Shown here: positions 52,594 to 64,000 of the stretch, one piece after another
Layout: each line of letters begins with the position of its first letter
How positions within the stretch are numbered: the first letter of the stretch is position 1
DNA from: Tubulanus polymorphus
Lineage: Eukaryota; Animalia; Nemertea
DNA: 64,000 nt
Reading direction: 5' to 3'
Assembly: GCF_964204645.1 (NCBI RefSeq)
Contig: NC_134030.1
Location: 3,390,778 to 3,454,777, forward strand
Position numbers and translations under genes: made by a program
Notes under the pieces: model-generated
The model's input: the letters and a program-made list of their open reading frames with translations, nothing else
Database searches by the model: none
Told to the model about the DNA's origin: nothing

Positions 52594-55087
52594 TCAGGAA
52601 GAGTATTTAATGGCCATCGTCCAAACGATGCGTTTATCAGTCACTACAGTCACGTGATCCGAGTTTTCATCGTGTTTATTCGACGTTGATACGAGACCAG
52701 AGAATTTTAACTGATAATTGTCTGAAAAAAGAAGATAGATTTGTAACATATCCATGATCCCTACAGATCAGTAATTCCTGAATATAAGGATTTTGAATGG
52801 AGAAAATTTCATATTTCAAGGAGTGTCTGCATCACATTATACATCACAGTTACTGAAGACTCCTCCTAAATCGGTACTGTTTATCTTGGTAAACCATCAA
52901 TTTGGTGGTTTTGTAAGTTCATTATTATCCTATTGCTACCTAAACTTGTTTTCTAATTCAGTAACTGTCTAATTATTTGTTAAAAAATCTGGGTCCCAAC
53001 CTTATCAATAGGGGTGGTCTATTTCTCAAGATTAAAGATGTTTTGAAGGATTTTGGGCATTTTGTTCAAATCGGAAGAGTTACATGTGCCTTTATCAGTT
53101 TATCAGTCAAAACGCTGTTCTTCATCTTTACTCAGATGAAGACAGTATTTTTTGTTCATACCTAGATTCCATTTTAAGCCAGTTGTAGACACAGTAGCTG
53201 AATCGCATCCCACTGGTAATAAACCACACCATTTACCACATAAACTATTATTCATTATTCTATGACTTCCCTACAAAAATACATTAATAAATCTATTACA
53301 AATTTTGTTGAATTGTTCTTTTACAGTTGACTCCTTTTGGGTCCATAACAATTTCGCAGACTTGAGCGCAGTCTACTGTAATTACCGGTAATATCAAGCA
53401 CAAAGAGAAAGTACTGGTATATTCTAGATGTCCCAGGGGCGGATCCAAGAACAAACTTTGACCGGAGCACATAGAAATGAAAAGGGCATATGTACTGTTA
53501 AAGGGCAAGTTAAGTATCCATGCAGCCAAAACAAGGGTTGGGAAAGTTTTGATCTTTCAGGGCTATTACATACAATTTCTAGGCACTTGAGGAGGAACAT
53601 CATTTTAAGAGGACTGCTGTCTTATATTATTTGCAGGTGCAGAAAGTGCCCTGAAAAATATATTGTGCTCTGGATCAGCCCCTGCCTCCTCTCCTATCCG
53701 TCCTTCAATACACTATATATTTCCCCTTATATATATTGCTCCCAAGTGGAATTACCAGGGATAGATTTTAACCTGATTTAAAACGCAAGCTAATGAATGA
53801 TGATCCTGCATGTAGATCGGTAAAGACGTCAAATCCACCGCTCTATACAAAGTGTTTAAATTTGCCATAGTGTGATCAAACCTGCCTCCTATACCACCTA
53901 TAACAACTATACAATCCACCTGGAAATATTACGGAAAAACACTTATTTAGTAACGATAACATAAAAGGAGTTATCGGGGTTTATTCGTAAAGATATTCAC
54001 CTTATTCTCATCGATCTTGTCCAAAACGATATGCAAACATTTGGTGAAATCCGTTGCATTTTGATCCGGAGTTTGAACAACTTCGACGCCCTGAAAATTT
54101 ATAAAACATTTCATCCAACTTCGCCCAATTGTTAACTGTTTCAAGGCCTGAATTAGTTTGTCTCCGAGATACAACTTGTAAGCTCACAACTGTACAACTG
54201 GATCCTGAAGCTAGTTTCACTTGCATTGAATCTAAATGAGCTCATTTTCAATAAATTAACTCCGAGTCAAATGAGAACTCACAATCGTGGAACCAGATTC
54301 AATTTGTTTCGCCATCTTTAAAAATCTAAAAACATTCAATTATTTTCTACCTTCTCGCGGTAAATATCTAGAATTTTTGGAGACGCAGAATCGAAGTCGC
54401 CGCTTATCAAATCAGGTAAATACGAATCTAAATCATTCCCGACTGCTTCAAATAATTGATTTATTCCTCCGTCGGTGACCGCTTTAAATAAGGCTACAAA
54501 AAATACCGAAAATATTCGATAAATAACGATTTTATCTCAGTTAAACTTCTCAGAGATAAATACAGTTCACGGGCCGTAAATCCGGGTGAAGGTCGACCTT
54601 GTAACCGCTTGCAACTCATTGTGAGATGACTCTGTGACCACCAGAGTCATCGACCTCCTGCTGCTCTTGCAATGACCAGCGGCGCCAGTTGCAATTTCTG
54701 CGATGTGAGATGACCGTATGGCTCAGTGATATCTGACCTACATGCTGCTCTCACGACTAACACAGACTAGTCGCAAACTGTGGCTACTCGACCTGTAAGA
54801 GGCCATTTTCAGCGGTCGCAAGTAAGTCGACATACGCACCCGCCTTATAACTTACATCTATTCCACAGTTTCTCAATCATTTTCCAAGTTTGATCCAAAG
54901 GTTGATTCAGTAATATTAGACAAATCTTCTTATCTGTAATTGAATCAACTATAATTAATAGGGCGATGCAGTAGTGTGGCCAGTGCCCGACTGAAACCAT
55001 GCCAGCATGAGGACAGCATTATTTCAATAATCTTTACTCACTATAATCATCTTGTAAATACGATAGCGGAAACAACGTTTTATCCAT
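52594..55087 (-). CDS. TPK1: Thiamine pyrophosphokinase 1; 7 exons (55042-55087, ~54855-54932, ~54350-54492, 54001-54090, ~53774-53919, ~53163-53271, 52594-~52721)
   Basis: [64 protein letters not shown] and IVWTM motifs in order. Confidence 0.95.
54583..54841. mobile_element. GC-richer foldback element in a TPK1 intron
   Basis: Imperfect TIRs CGGGTG...GTCGAC and GTCGAC...CACCCG. Confidence 0.45.
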
Positions 55088-55760
55088 AATCACTTATTTA
55101 CAGCCGCGTCTTACGTGAAAACTAGAAAAAAGAAGAATTTCACGAGTATCAAAACTGTGTAGAAATAAAACATAATTGAATTGATTTCAATAATATTTTG
55201 AATTGAATTGGTTTTACTGCACTTGAAGTACAAACATACATAGATTCATAGCCGTGGAAACTTAAAGAAAATGATCAATGACCATAGATATTAATTCTAA
55301 ACCACTGTTCGATGTTGAAATGATGAAAAACAGAAAGACTTACAACCATTAAAAATGTGCAATGTTTCCTGCAGCAACTGGATTCCAGGTTTCCATCCTC
55401 ACTTGCCAGGGTAGCATTGCAATTAAACCCTGGCAAGCGAGGGATGGTATTTTCCAACCGCTATAGAAATTTGCGATCCTCATTTCCATAAAAAATAGGG
55501 TTAGGCTAAGGAAACAAGGATCTGAACAAACCAAGAACAAACTCCATAATCCATATTTTGATGATATTAATTTCTGAAAAAACAACAGGCCCAGGGTTAT
55601 TTTTACAAAAAATAATGTCCTTTATTTCTATTCTATCCAGAAATATATCCAGTTATAAACTTTTTAAACATTTCAAACATGACAAGTTTTTCTACAAAGA
55701 CAAATAAATGCATAAATATGAATACAATCCGTTCCTAAGCACATTAATCATTCAAATCAA

Positions 55761-57944
55761 TTATTCCGGACTTTTGTTCACTTTCACCGCTGTCTTAGTG
55801 GCTGTTGCTACGGAACTAGCAGATGACGACGTTGCCGATATGGTGGCCATCTTGGAAATAATCGGTGACAGTCGTTCTTTAATTTTGAGAAATTGTCGTT
55901 TGAACTCAATTCCGTCACCTTTCGACAGCCGGAAATCAAGTAGAATATTCGCCGACATTTCGATCAGACTAACCTTGAAAATCAGGTTCATTTTACGCCG
56001 GTCAACCATCGTCATGGTGATCAGACCGGGTGAGTTTTTCTTCCACGCGTAACCGAGTTTTTCAGCGACCGATTTCAACTCGCGAGTCGTCGTATCGGCG
56101 TCAGTTTTCACTATAAACCGGGTCATACGCCGGACGAACCGCTGCATCGGCGTCTGCGATCCGCCGGGAGTCCCGCCCGGATACTGGCTGCTCAGTAACA
56201 TGTGATCGGGATGAGCCGGTTGAGAGAAACAGAAATGTCGTAGATCCCCAGCTGGCGATGGAGCCGAACTCGAAATCATGTCCGTGTGACGATTCTCGGG
56301 TTGAGAGAACGAAATCGGCCCGATATCGGGGCGCGTCGTCGGAGGCGACATATCCGTTCCGGAGCAGACACGTTTGAACACGTTCGCGCCGAAAGGTGAA
56401 TCGACAACACTCGTTAACCCTTTCACTGCTGTGAATGTTTTCAAGTACCACTGGTTCTCTTTGATCCAAGCTATGACCGCACGACGACTGACCGTTTCAA
56501 TAAGCAGTCTCCGTAGTAACGACAAAGCCAGGTTATCGATTTTCGTCCACGGAGATTGCGTTATTTTACAGTCCTTCCAGTCGTTGTATTCGCGACATGA
56601 AGCGGTCGGTATATCCCAGGGTAACTCGCCGGCAAGCATCGTTACCAGAATAATCCCGCACGACCACAGATCGGCCGGCTGGGCCTCGTACGGCCGGCCT
56701 TTATACAACACCTCCGGCGCCACGTACGGCACCGTCCCGCAGCATCGGTCTAACTTACGCTCGTGTCCCTTGTGTCGAAACACGGTCGCCAAACCGAAAT
56801 CGGATATTCTCAGATTATCGGCGTCGTCGAGTAGAAGATTCTCGGGTTTTAAATCGCGATGCGTAATTCCGGCGTTGTGAAGGTATTCGACTCCCGCTAG
56901 CAACTGACGGAAATAGAACTGAGCTCGAGACTGAGGCATACCGATATCCGGTTCTATCCGGTCGAATAATTCCCCGCCGCTCGCGTATTGCAGGAATATA
57001 TACTGTTTATCGGATTCTTTACGAGTTCCGTAGAATTTGATGATGTTTTCATGAGTCATCATGCGATGAATTATCACCTGAAACGACACGCACAGAATTC
57101 TTTAATCATAAGTCTTTCAGAGAGAAAACTGAAGGAACTGAATCCACAGCTGATCTCAGGTTTCAGTTTCATTACAAAATGTTAAGCTTACAATGGTTAC
57201 AGGTCGACCACTTTTATCTGACATCTTAACTTTTCCTGACATGTATGTTGTTTTCCCTGACTCGATCTACTATCTGCCCTCTTGTTTACGCAGTTGCACA
57301 GATATTGATGAATTTAAATCTGGTGTGAAAACCAACCTTTTTAAACAACATTTTATTGAAATGTAATATGATAATGTGTATATCTTATGTCAACTGCTCT
57401 AAGACGCAGTGGAGAGCGGTATAGAAATAAATGTCATTATTATTATTATTACTAAGAATCAAATCAATCAAGTCAAAATATGTAAGACATAGATGGAAAC
57501 TGTTTATACGCGCAATCTAGCAATCTCAACACCAACAAATTTCGATACACAAAATTCTATATGCCAAATTCTTTTTAAAACAAAATTCCCTGACTTTTCC
57601 CTTTTTTCCAGGTAAGTGGTCACCCTGCATTAAGTTTGAATTAGTAACCGGCATGTTAGCCATACATTTTGAATTAACTTTTTCTTGAAAATGAACCCCA
57701 AGATCTTTATAGTTAAAACATTAGAAATTACGCAGAGGCTTTAGAAGCGCCGCCTATGCAGGCCTACCTCTTTTCTGACGCTTTCCAGATTGACACCGTT
57801 TTTCTTCAGATCTATAATTTTCACGGCGACCGCCTCATCAGCTTCTCGATTTACCGCTAGTTTCACTTCTCCATAAGCTCCTTCTCCTAAAGTCTGAACA
57901 AAATCCCATCCTTGAACAAATGCTGTTGATTGTTCAGACGACAT
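55761..57944 (-). CDS. CHEK1: Serine/threonine checkpoint kinase 1; two coding exons (57768-57944, 55761-57077)
   Basis: [36 protein letters not shown], two FSQP ATR-site motifs, and a C-terminal KA1 region (RRMTRF...[16 protein letters not shown]). Confidence 0.97.
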
Positions 57945-58684
57945 GATCGACTCGATGAGTGAGATGACGTTTCTCTAAAAAATTGACTTGTTTGTTCAAA
58001 TTTTGCGTTCTTTTGGGCGCATTTTCTGTAATGTTAAGATATAATTACTTTTAAACGGCCTAATTAACTTTGCAGGTATGTCTTGAAACCTGTGAATGCG
58101 TTAATTTATGGTGACATGTCGTTTAAAGTGAGATTTAAGATGAAAATGAAGCAAATTTAACGACGAACTTACCGGAAAAACTAAAAGCTCCTCGACCTTG
58201 CCGTTTGCAATTCAATTGTTCATTTTGAACTTACTGTGGCATGCGAGTAATAAGTTAGTTCACATTTTCACCGCTGTCGATTTACATAGGGGCAGCACTT
58301 GACGGTTAAGATCTGTTTAGACACCGAATCTATATCGTGGTGTGCCGACGAACGAGTAATTGGGCGAATCTTATTTTCGAATCCTAAAAATAAGCCAGTA
58401 CAACATCAAAGATGAAAAAAGCTCCAAATGAAATAATGTCGATGAACACCCTCAGGCTTCGGTGGCCGGATATCTAGACGGGAACGAGGGAAGCCCCAGT
58501 GCATTTGGCCGCAGTTTGCCATAACCGGGGCGCCATCGCGGTAACATTTCCTTCATAAAAAATTCACATAGGCTACGTAACAGAACTATCTTTAGATTGA
58601 AACTTAACAATTTTATTTAAAAAATCCGATGACAAAAATAAAGTTTTTTCTTTCGGTTTGGAGCGGAGCGGTGATGAGGAGATT

Positions 58685-60258
58685 CTATATCGTCGTAGAT
58701 GCCATAAATTTCATGAATTCTGAAGAAGAAAATGAGAGATTTTCAGTATTTCAACGTAGCATTTTTTAAGACTACAGTAAGCGATATTTGAATCAGATTG
58801 AACGACTGTTCTTGGACCGTCATCATCTTCGTTGTTTTCAATGTGCAGAATATCAATTTGACCGGATCACACATGGCCCCGACCTGCTGACCGCAGTCAA
58901 ATTTGGCCCGTATCAAAAAGAGACGGACCTGTACCCTGGTCAAAAGATGCGTGTGAAATTACCTTCAAAATTAATCTGACCATCCTCATCATAATCGGCC
59001 TCTTTGATCATCTCGGTGACGTCATCTTCGGACAAGTTCGTCATGACGTTTCGTAATTCTGACGGACTGATGAAACCGTTACCGTCGACGTCTAATACAC
59101 TGAACACTTCCCGTAGTTCATCTTCATTCGATTGAGTATCGTTTAAAATACGAGTTTCCATCATTTTCAAGAAAGTGCTCTCGTCAATTTTACCATATCC
59201 TACAATACATATTACAGGGTTCATGGCGATCATTGTCCTTCAAAGTCCTTAAATTGGAATGGGTCAGTCAATTCAAGGACTTGAATATCATGGAATAGGC
59301 TCTAAATTCCTTGAAACATTGTCATGGCCCTTGAATGGCATCACCAGACCACGCAACGCAATTTTGAAGGTTTTGGTCACCTACATAGTGTTTGGTATGT
59401 CTGATGGATGAACACAATTCAAATTGTAAATCTTATGAACTGTTGAAAAAAAAACCCTGAAATCGGGAATCGAGAAAGGTCTTGAAATAAAGACAAAAAG
59501 TCCTTGAAGGTCATGGGAACTATGAATCCAGGATTTTACGTAGACTGTAAATTAAACCCACAGCCATGTATCTGGTCCAAATCTGATGTCTGGTTCAATT
59601 TTGACAGTACAGGTTCGTAGGCAAATCCATCCAAGATCGGATTTGATGCGTGAAGTATGGTGTTTTGAGAAGCACAATGTATACTAACTTTTCACGGGTA
59701 AATTTGATGTTTTAGTTTTGACGGGTGAGATAGGTATGGAAGTCTGACAGGAAGATAGATACGTAAGTTTCAACTTGACAGTGTATATATCTATACAAAC
59801 TCGTCGAACAAAGTTCAAAGTATGTCACGTTTCTTTTTTGAGATAGCAAAATTCTCTCACCGCTATTGTCCACGTGTTTAATCATGTCTTGTAGTTCGTT
59901 ATCGGTTGGCGGATAACCCAATGTCGTCATAACGATACCGAGTTTTTTAGCGGTTATCGTCCCGTCACCGTCAACGTCGAACAGAGCAAAAATCTCTTTC
60001 AATTCTAAAAGCGATAAACGAGAAGAGTTAATCGACGAAATAACACGTATAGGGGATATTAGGAATTTTTTGCCTCAGGGTCGTGCACACTTACGATCGA
60101 CCTGGCTTTCAGATAGTTCACCACCGGCCTACAGAAATTAAAAAATGACAGCTAAATGGACCGTATCAATGTTTATATGTACTTCTTAATGTGAGAACAA
60201 ATCTAGAATACTGTATAATAGCTAATGAACCCAGCTAGTTTCTCATCGGACTTACCAT
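58685..60258 (-). CDS. Divergent calmodulin-like protein; exons 60256-60258 (ATG only), ~60095-60128, ~59862-60003, ~58963-59198, 58685-~58719
   Basis: Calmodulin-type ATG|GT first intron; [27 protein letters not shown]; [18 protein letters not shown]; [19 protein letters not shown]. Confidence 0.85.
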
Positions 60259-61102
60259 AACTATTACCTGACGGTGAATTCAACTTTTAACCTTCCGATG
60301 TCTTCATATCATTCATGTACATGGCTTATTTATTTAGTCAGCGCTTTATGTGCGATAGTCATATATTTATTCATATATGCTTTGAATAAAATACAATGGT
60401 CTCTAAATGTCTCGATCTTCACAAAAACCTGTTTCTTACGTACTTCGTCTGTGGCTTGGAAAAAAACCTTCAACCGACGTCTGCGTTATTTTAGAAATGT
60501 CTTTGTCCATGGCTTGGAGAAAAAGTTTCTTTTCGTGGTGTTGCTGGGATTCTTTTGGGAAATATTTCCAAATTTGATTTCAGAACATGTTCCGAATCCT
60601 TCCGTAAAGAGATCAAAATCGAATAAACCAAACGGAGTTTCTTGAATACGTTATATTGAATTGTTTTTATTTTAGCGCTTGTAATATTCATTTTCTGGTC
60701 CATATCCCGTGTTTAGCGATATGTGTAACATACAAGGAATTCTGAGACATCTACATAGAATCATCTTTCTAAAGAAATATATAAATGATGAGTTCATTAA
60801 AAATATTATGTTCCCAAGTTTGCACAAGACAGTCAAATTACTATCGAATTATTGCACCAATTTGCGTTATATTTTTGTATGGATTCGTGCGATAAATCAT
60901 CATTTTTATTTGATTTGACAAGATTCATCGAATCACTAACGAATAGTCATGTAAAAAAAACAAAATCCACGCATGGCAAAAGCTTACAAAATCCACCTTT
61001 GCATTGAACATCAAGTTTAAATAAACAAAAATCAAGCGTTACGGTTATAACTCAGGAATTATGCGTAAAGCTGTCTGATAAACATAAAAAAGCTTTAACC
61101 AT

Positions 61103-61926
61103 TTATGCACGGTTCAAAAATTTGAGAAATTCCTTGAAACTGATCTTATTATCGCTGTCAAGGTCGTGTTCCTTTATGTAGTTTTTCGCCGCCTCTAACT
61201 GCTGTTCTGGCATACCGCAATCACCTAGAAACACAATAAACTCAGGTGCCTCCAAATATCCGTTACCATCCGTGTCAAATTTATTGAAAACTCGTTTCCA
61301 ATTTTCGGCCGTGGTATTCCTGAAATAGCAACCAACATTGGTGAAAGATACCGGTAATTAATAGAACATATAACATACCAAGTCCCTGGGGCCGGTTCTG
61401 TAGTCATATTCAATCTAATTACATAACTACCGCCTTTAGATCTAAGACCACTTTTAGACTAATGTCTTGATTATGAAACCGGACAAAGGACCCTATTTCT
61501 CTTTGCCGTATAGATAAACCAACCATCAATAATCTTATTAACGAAGTATTGCCAAATTGCATTCTTTCCAAACGCTGTCAAATCATCTTCCGAGAAATGG
61601 CAGAAGTGGGCTTTGCAAATATAAGCACTTACTTGGTCAAAGCAGAGACGAATTCTTTCTTGGAAATATTGTTGTCGCGATTCAAATCACAGAAAATAAA
61701 CATTTGCTGAAAATAAAGTCCATATTACAGATTAATGTTAAAAACAGAAATGTCTTCATCAGGAGAGACTTCATAAGGAGACCGATTTTAATTTTACCTC
61801 AATTTCTTCATCGCTTTTCCCCCTTTCCTTAAGACGTGCGCTCAGTTCATCTCTACTAACAGATCCACTGCCATCCGTATCAAAAATATCGTCAAAGGCC
61901 TTCGCGTAACGTTCTTCATCAGACAT
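61103..61926 (-). CDS. Four-EF-hand calcium-binding protein; 3 exons (~61798-61926, ~61633-61706, 61103-61319)
   Basis: Loops DTDGSGSVSRDE, DLNRDNNISKKE, DTDGNGYLEAPE and DLDSDNKISFKE are joined in frame across GT-AG introns. Confidence 0.85.
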
Positions 61927-62964
61927 CTTGTATTTCTAGAGTTAGAGAATGTGTCTCTATCTGAAAATGATTCAGAAATAGTGACTCGCTTATCATTCAT
62001 ATCGAGGGTTACGTTGTTGACACAGCATTGCAAACATTTAAATGTCTATTCATATAGAATTTTTAAAAAGCAAGTCACAATGTCTGTTAAATCACCTATC
62101 GGTATTTTAGATAAAATTTATGGAGTTACTTTATTCACACTCCGTGTAATTCTAATTCCTCAGAATTAAATTTCGTTCGGAATCTTTTAAATTTGATAAT
62201 CGGCTTTAAATTCTATTCTCCACACGTCTTTTCTACTGATTTCGTTTAGTGGATCCTTTGAAATCGCGAGTCAAAATCTTAGATTACCTGTGGATTGTAG
62301 TTACTGGAATATAGGAGGAACAACGAACCCGTGTTTAACCTTTCCGCCTCCTGAAGGATCGTACATTTTATGATTTCATCTAACATCTATACGATTAAAA
62401 TTTAACGTGTATGCACCTACCTGTCAACGCACTGCTACGTAGTCGAATGAGATTCAAACGTAAATTGAAATCTAAAATAAAACAGGTTTTGATCTGAGTC
62501 ATCAAGGCACTTATATATAGCGTTAACCATAAAGGTTGAAGAATTTCACACATGACAATACATGTCTTTGTAGATTTGGCCAAAAAGATTGTTGACGACG
62601 TATTTCCCGACATGGGATCGACTGGATGGTATAGCGAATACAAACATGCCTTGAATTTGAAAATAAACTTTGTCGCAAATAGTCAGATACGTTGTGTCGC
62701 AACGAACAAAATATGTTTTAACACAAAATATGAGAGAAATTTTTATTGCAACCAAAATAGTTTGTACAAGGAAACGCATGGTAACATTGAGGCGATTTAT
62801 CCTGGCATAATCAAATTTGATACGTGACTTGTAAATTACGATTAGGAAAATCAAATCTGATTTGCCAGGATAAATTCGCCTTTGGTCTCGTACAGCGACC
62901 CCTGGTGGTATGTATCTTATAGTTTTATGTGTTTGTCCCAAGATAAGAAATGTGGTCCTGCCTG

Positions 62965-63200
62965 ACTATGTGTCCGTCCTCTCAGGCAAACTGGGCCTTA
63001 CCTGTCCGTGCATCCTCGGGCAAACTGGGCCCTACCTGTCTATGCATCCTCCAGCAAACTGGGCCCTACCTGTCTGTGCATCCTCCAGCAAACGGGGTCC
63101 CGCCTGGCAGCACCTTGCCTGTGTGTGCGTCCTCCAGATAGACAAACGTGCTCCTGACATCTAGGCTCCTACCTGTCTAAGAGTGTGTGCTCGCCAGATA
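62965..63200 (+). repeat. Degenerate ~34-bp GC-rich minisatellite (CTCCAGCAAACTGGGCCCTACCTGTCTGTGCATC)
   Basis: About 6 imperfect units. Confidence 0.8.
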
Positions 63201-63650
63201 CAACAGGGTCTCTCCCCCTCTCTTCACCCCCACATCCAGAATAAATAGATTATAAATCAATGGACACCGCATGTTTTCCTATTTCACCTATCAGGGATAT
63301 ATATTTATTATTTCTTTTGGACGTTTTTGTTTGCGTTCTAATCATCAGCGTCCTGAATCATTGTTAACACGACAAATGAATATGATTTATGAGTTGTAGA
63401 CTGGATGGAGTTAATGAGCAAAACCCTTGGTTGATGATTTAAACATTTATTTTCCGACAGTTTCGACTGATGTCTTGACTGAACTTCGTTTGTTTTTTTT
63501 TTTCATATAAAAACGATTTTGGTTTCTCTGGTGATGAAGTCTAGTCAAAAATTGGAAACTGTCAGAAAACAAATTGTTAAATCGTCAACTGTTGGTTTCG
63601 CTTATCAAAATGTGATTCAACGTTTTAATCTAGAAATTTCTGTTTCTTTT

Positions 63651-63876
63651 CTAAATGTTGAGATTTTTCAGGAATTTCTCTACGAATTCGTCGTAGTTTA
63701 ATTTTCCGTCGCCGTCTAAATCGTGTTCGCGGATGAAATTTCTGATCGATTTGCGACAAGACGATTCAATTTGAGTTGTCTGCATGAATTTTTCCAGTTC
63801 GGTTGCTTCAATCGTGCCGTTTCCATCTGTATCAATAAACCGAAACGCTTTCCGCCAGGCGTCCTGAACGCAGTGT
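63651..63876 (-). CDS. Last exon of a further EF-hand gene, paralogous to 61103-61926; the 5' part is outside the window
   Basis: After an acceptor AG the exon reads WRKAFRFIDTDGNGTIEATE...IREHDLDGDGKLNYDEF...NI*. Its phase-2 boundary matches exon 3 of the neighbouring gene. Confidence 0.85.
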
Positions 63877-64000
63877 CTACAACGAGCAGAGATTCAAATT
63901 ACATAATGTTCTTCTGGCTCCACAGTCGGGACTAGCCCCATATATCAAAAGGTCTTAGATTAGATCTTTGATTATATCCAATATCTCCAAATATATTTTG

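Noticed and set aside
55349-55400. METWNPVAA as a possible TPK1 start
   Set aside because: It reaches a stop with no usable donor. [15 protein letters not shown] at 55087 has a GTGAGT donor in the correct phase.
55708-56880. Overlapping ORFs within CHK1 (55708+, 56101-, 56374+) and within TUT1 (2007-)
   Set aside because: Expected shadow frames of CG-rich coding sequence; no recognisable motifs.

Overview
AT-rich, intron-containing animal genomic DNA, probably from a marine invertebrate (a lophotrochozoan such as a nemertean or annelid is my inference). Most entries in the ORF track are exon fragments or noise, so I built gene models by hand from GT-AG junctions, reading-frame phase and protein motifs. 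From left to right: the 3' part of TUT1/Star-PAP (+); CYP20A1-like P450 (-); an intron-containing NadR/Ttd14 (AAA_28)-type P-loop protein (-); then seven consecutive secreted or cell-surface protein genes (MAM-LDLa-TM protein, a small unknown secreted protein with a tRNA-Gln in its intron, a 4xWSC mucin-like protein, two tandem ependymin-like paralogues, a single-vWA protein, and a sphingomyelinase D/dermonecrotic-toxin homologue); then TPK1 (-), an almost intronless CHK1 (-) and three EF-hand genes (-). The strongest observations are: (1) the SMase D homologue has an intact ORF but has lost its catalytic His, Glu and His residues and carries a C-terminal 6-Cys module; (2) it sits in a run of lipid- and glycan-binding secreted genes, with the ependymin-like pair showing coding divergence above flank divergence; (3) an exact inverted copy of TUT1 coding sequence lies at the window start; (4) minimal hammerhead-ribozyme-like motifs and MITE-derived 39-bp arrays are dispersed through the introns.
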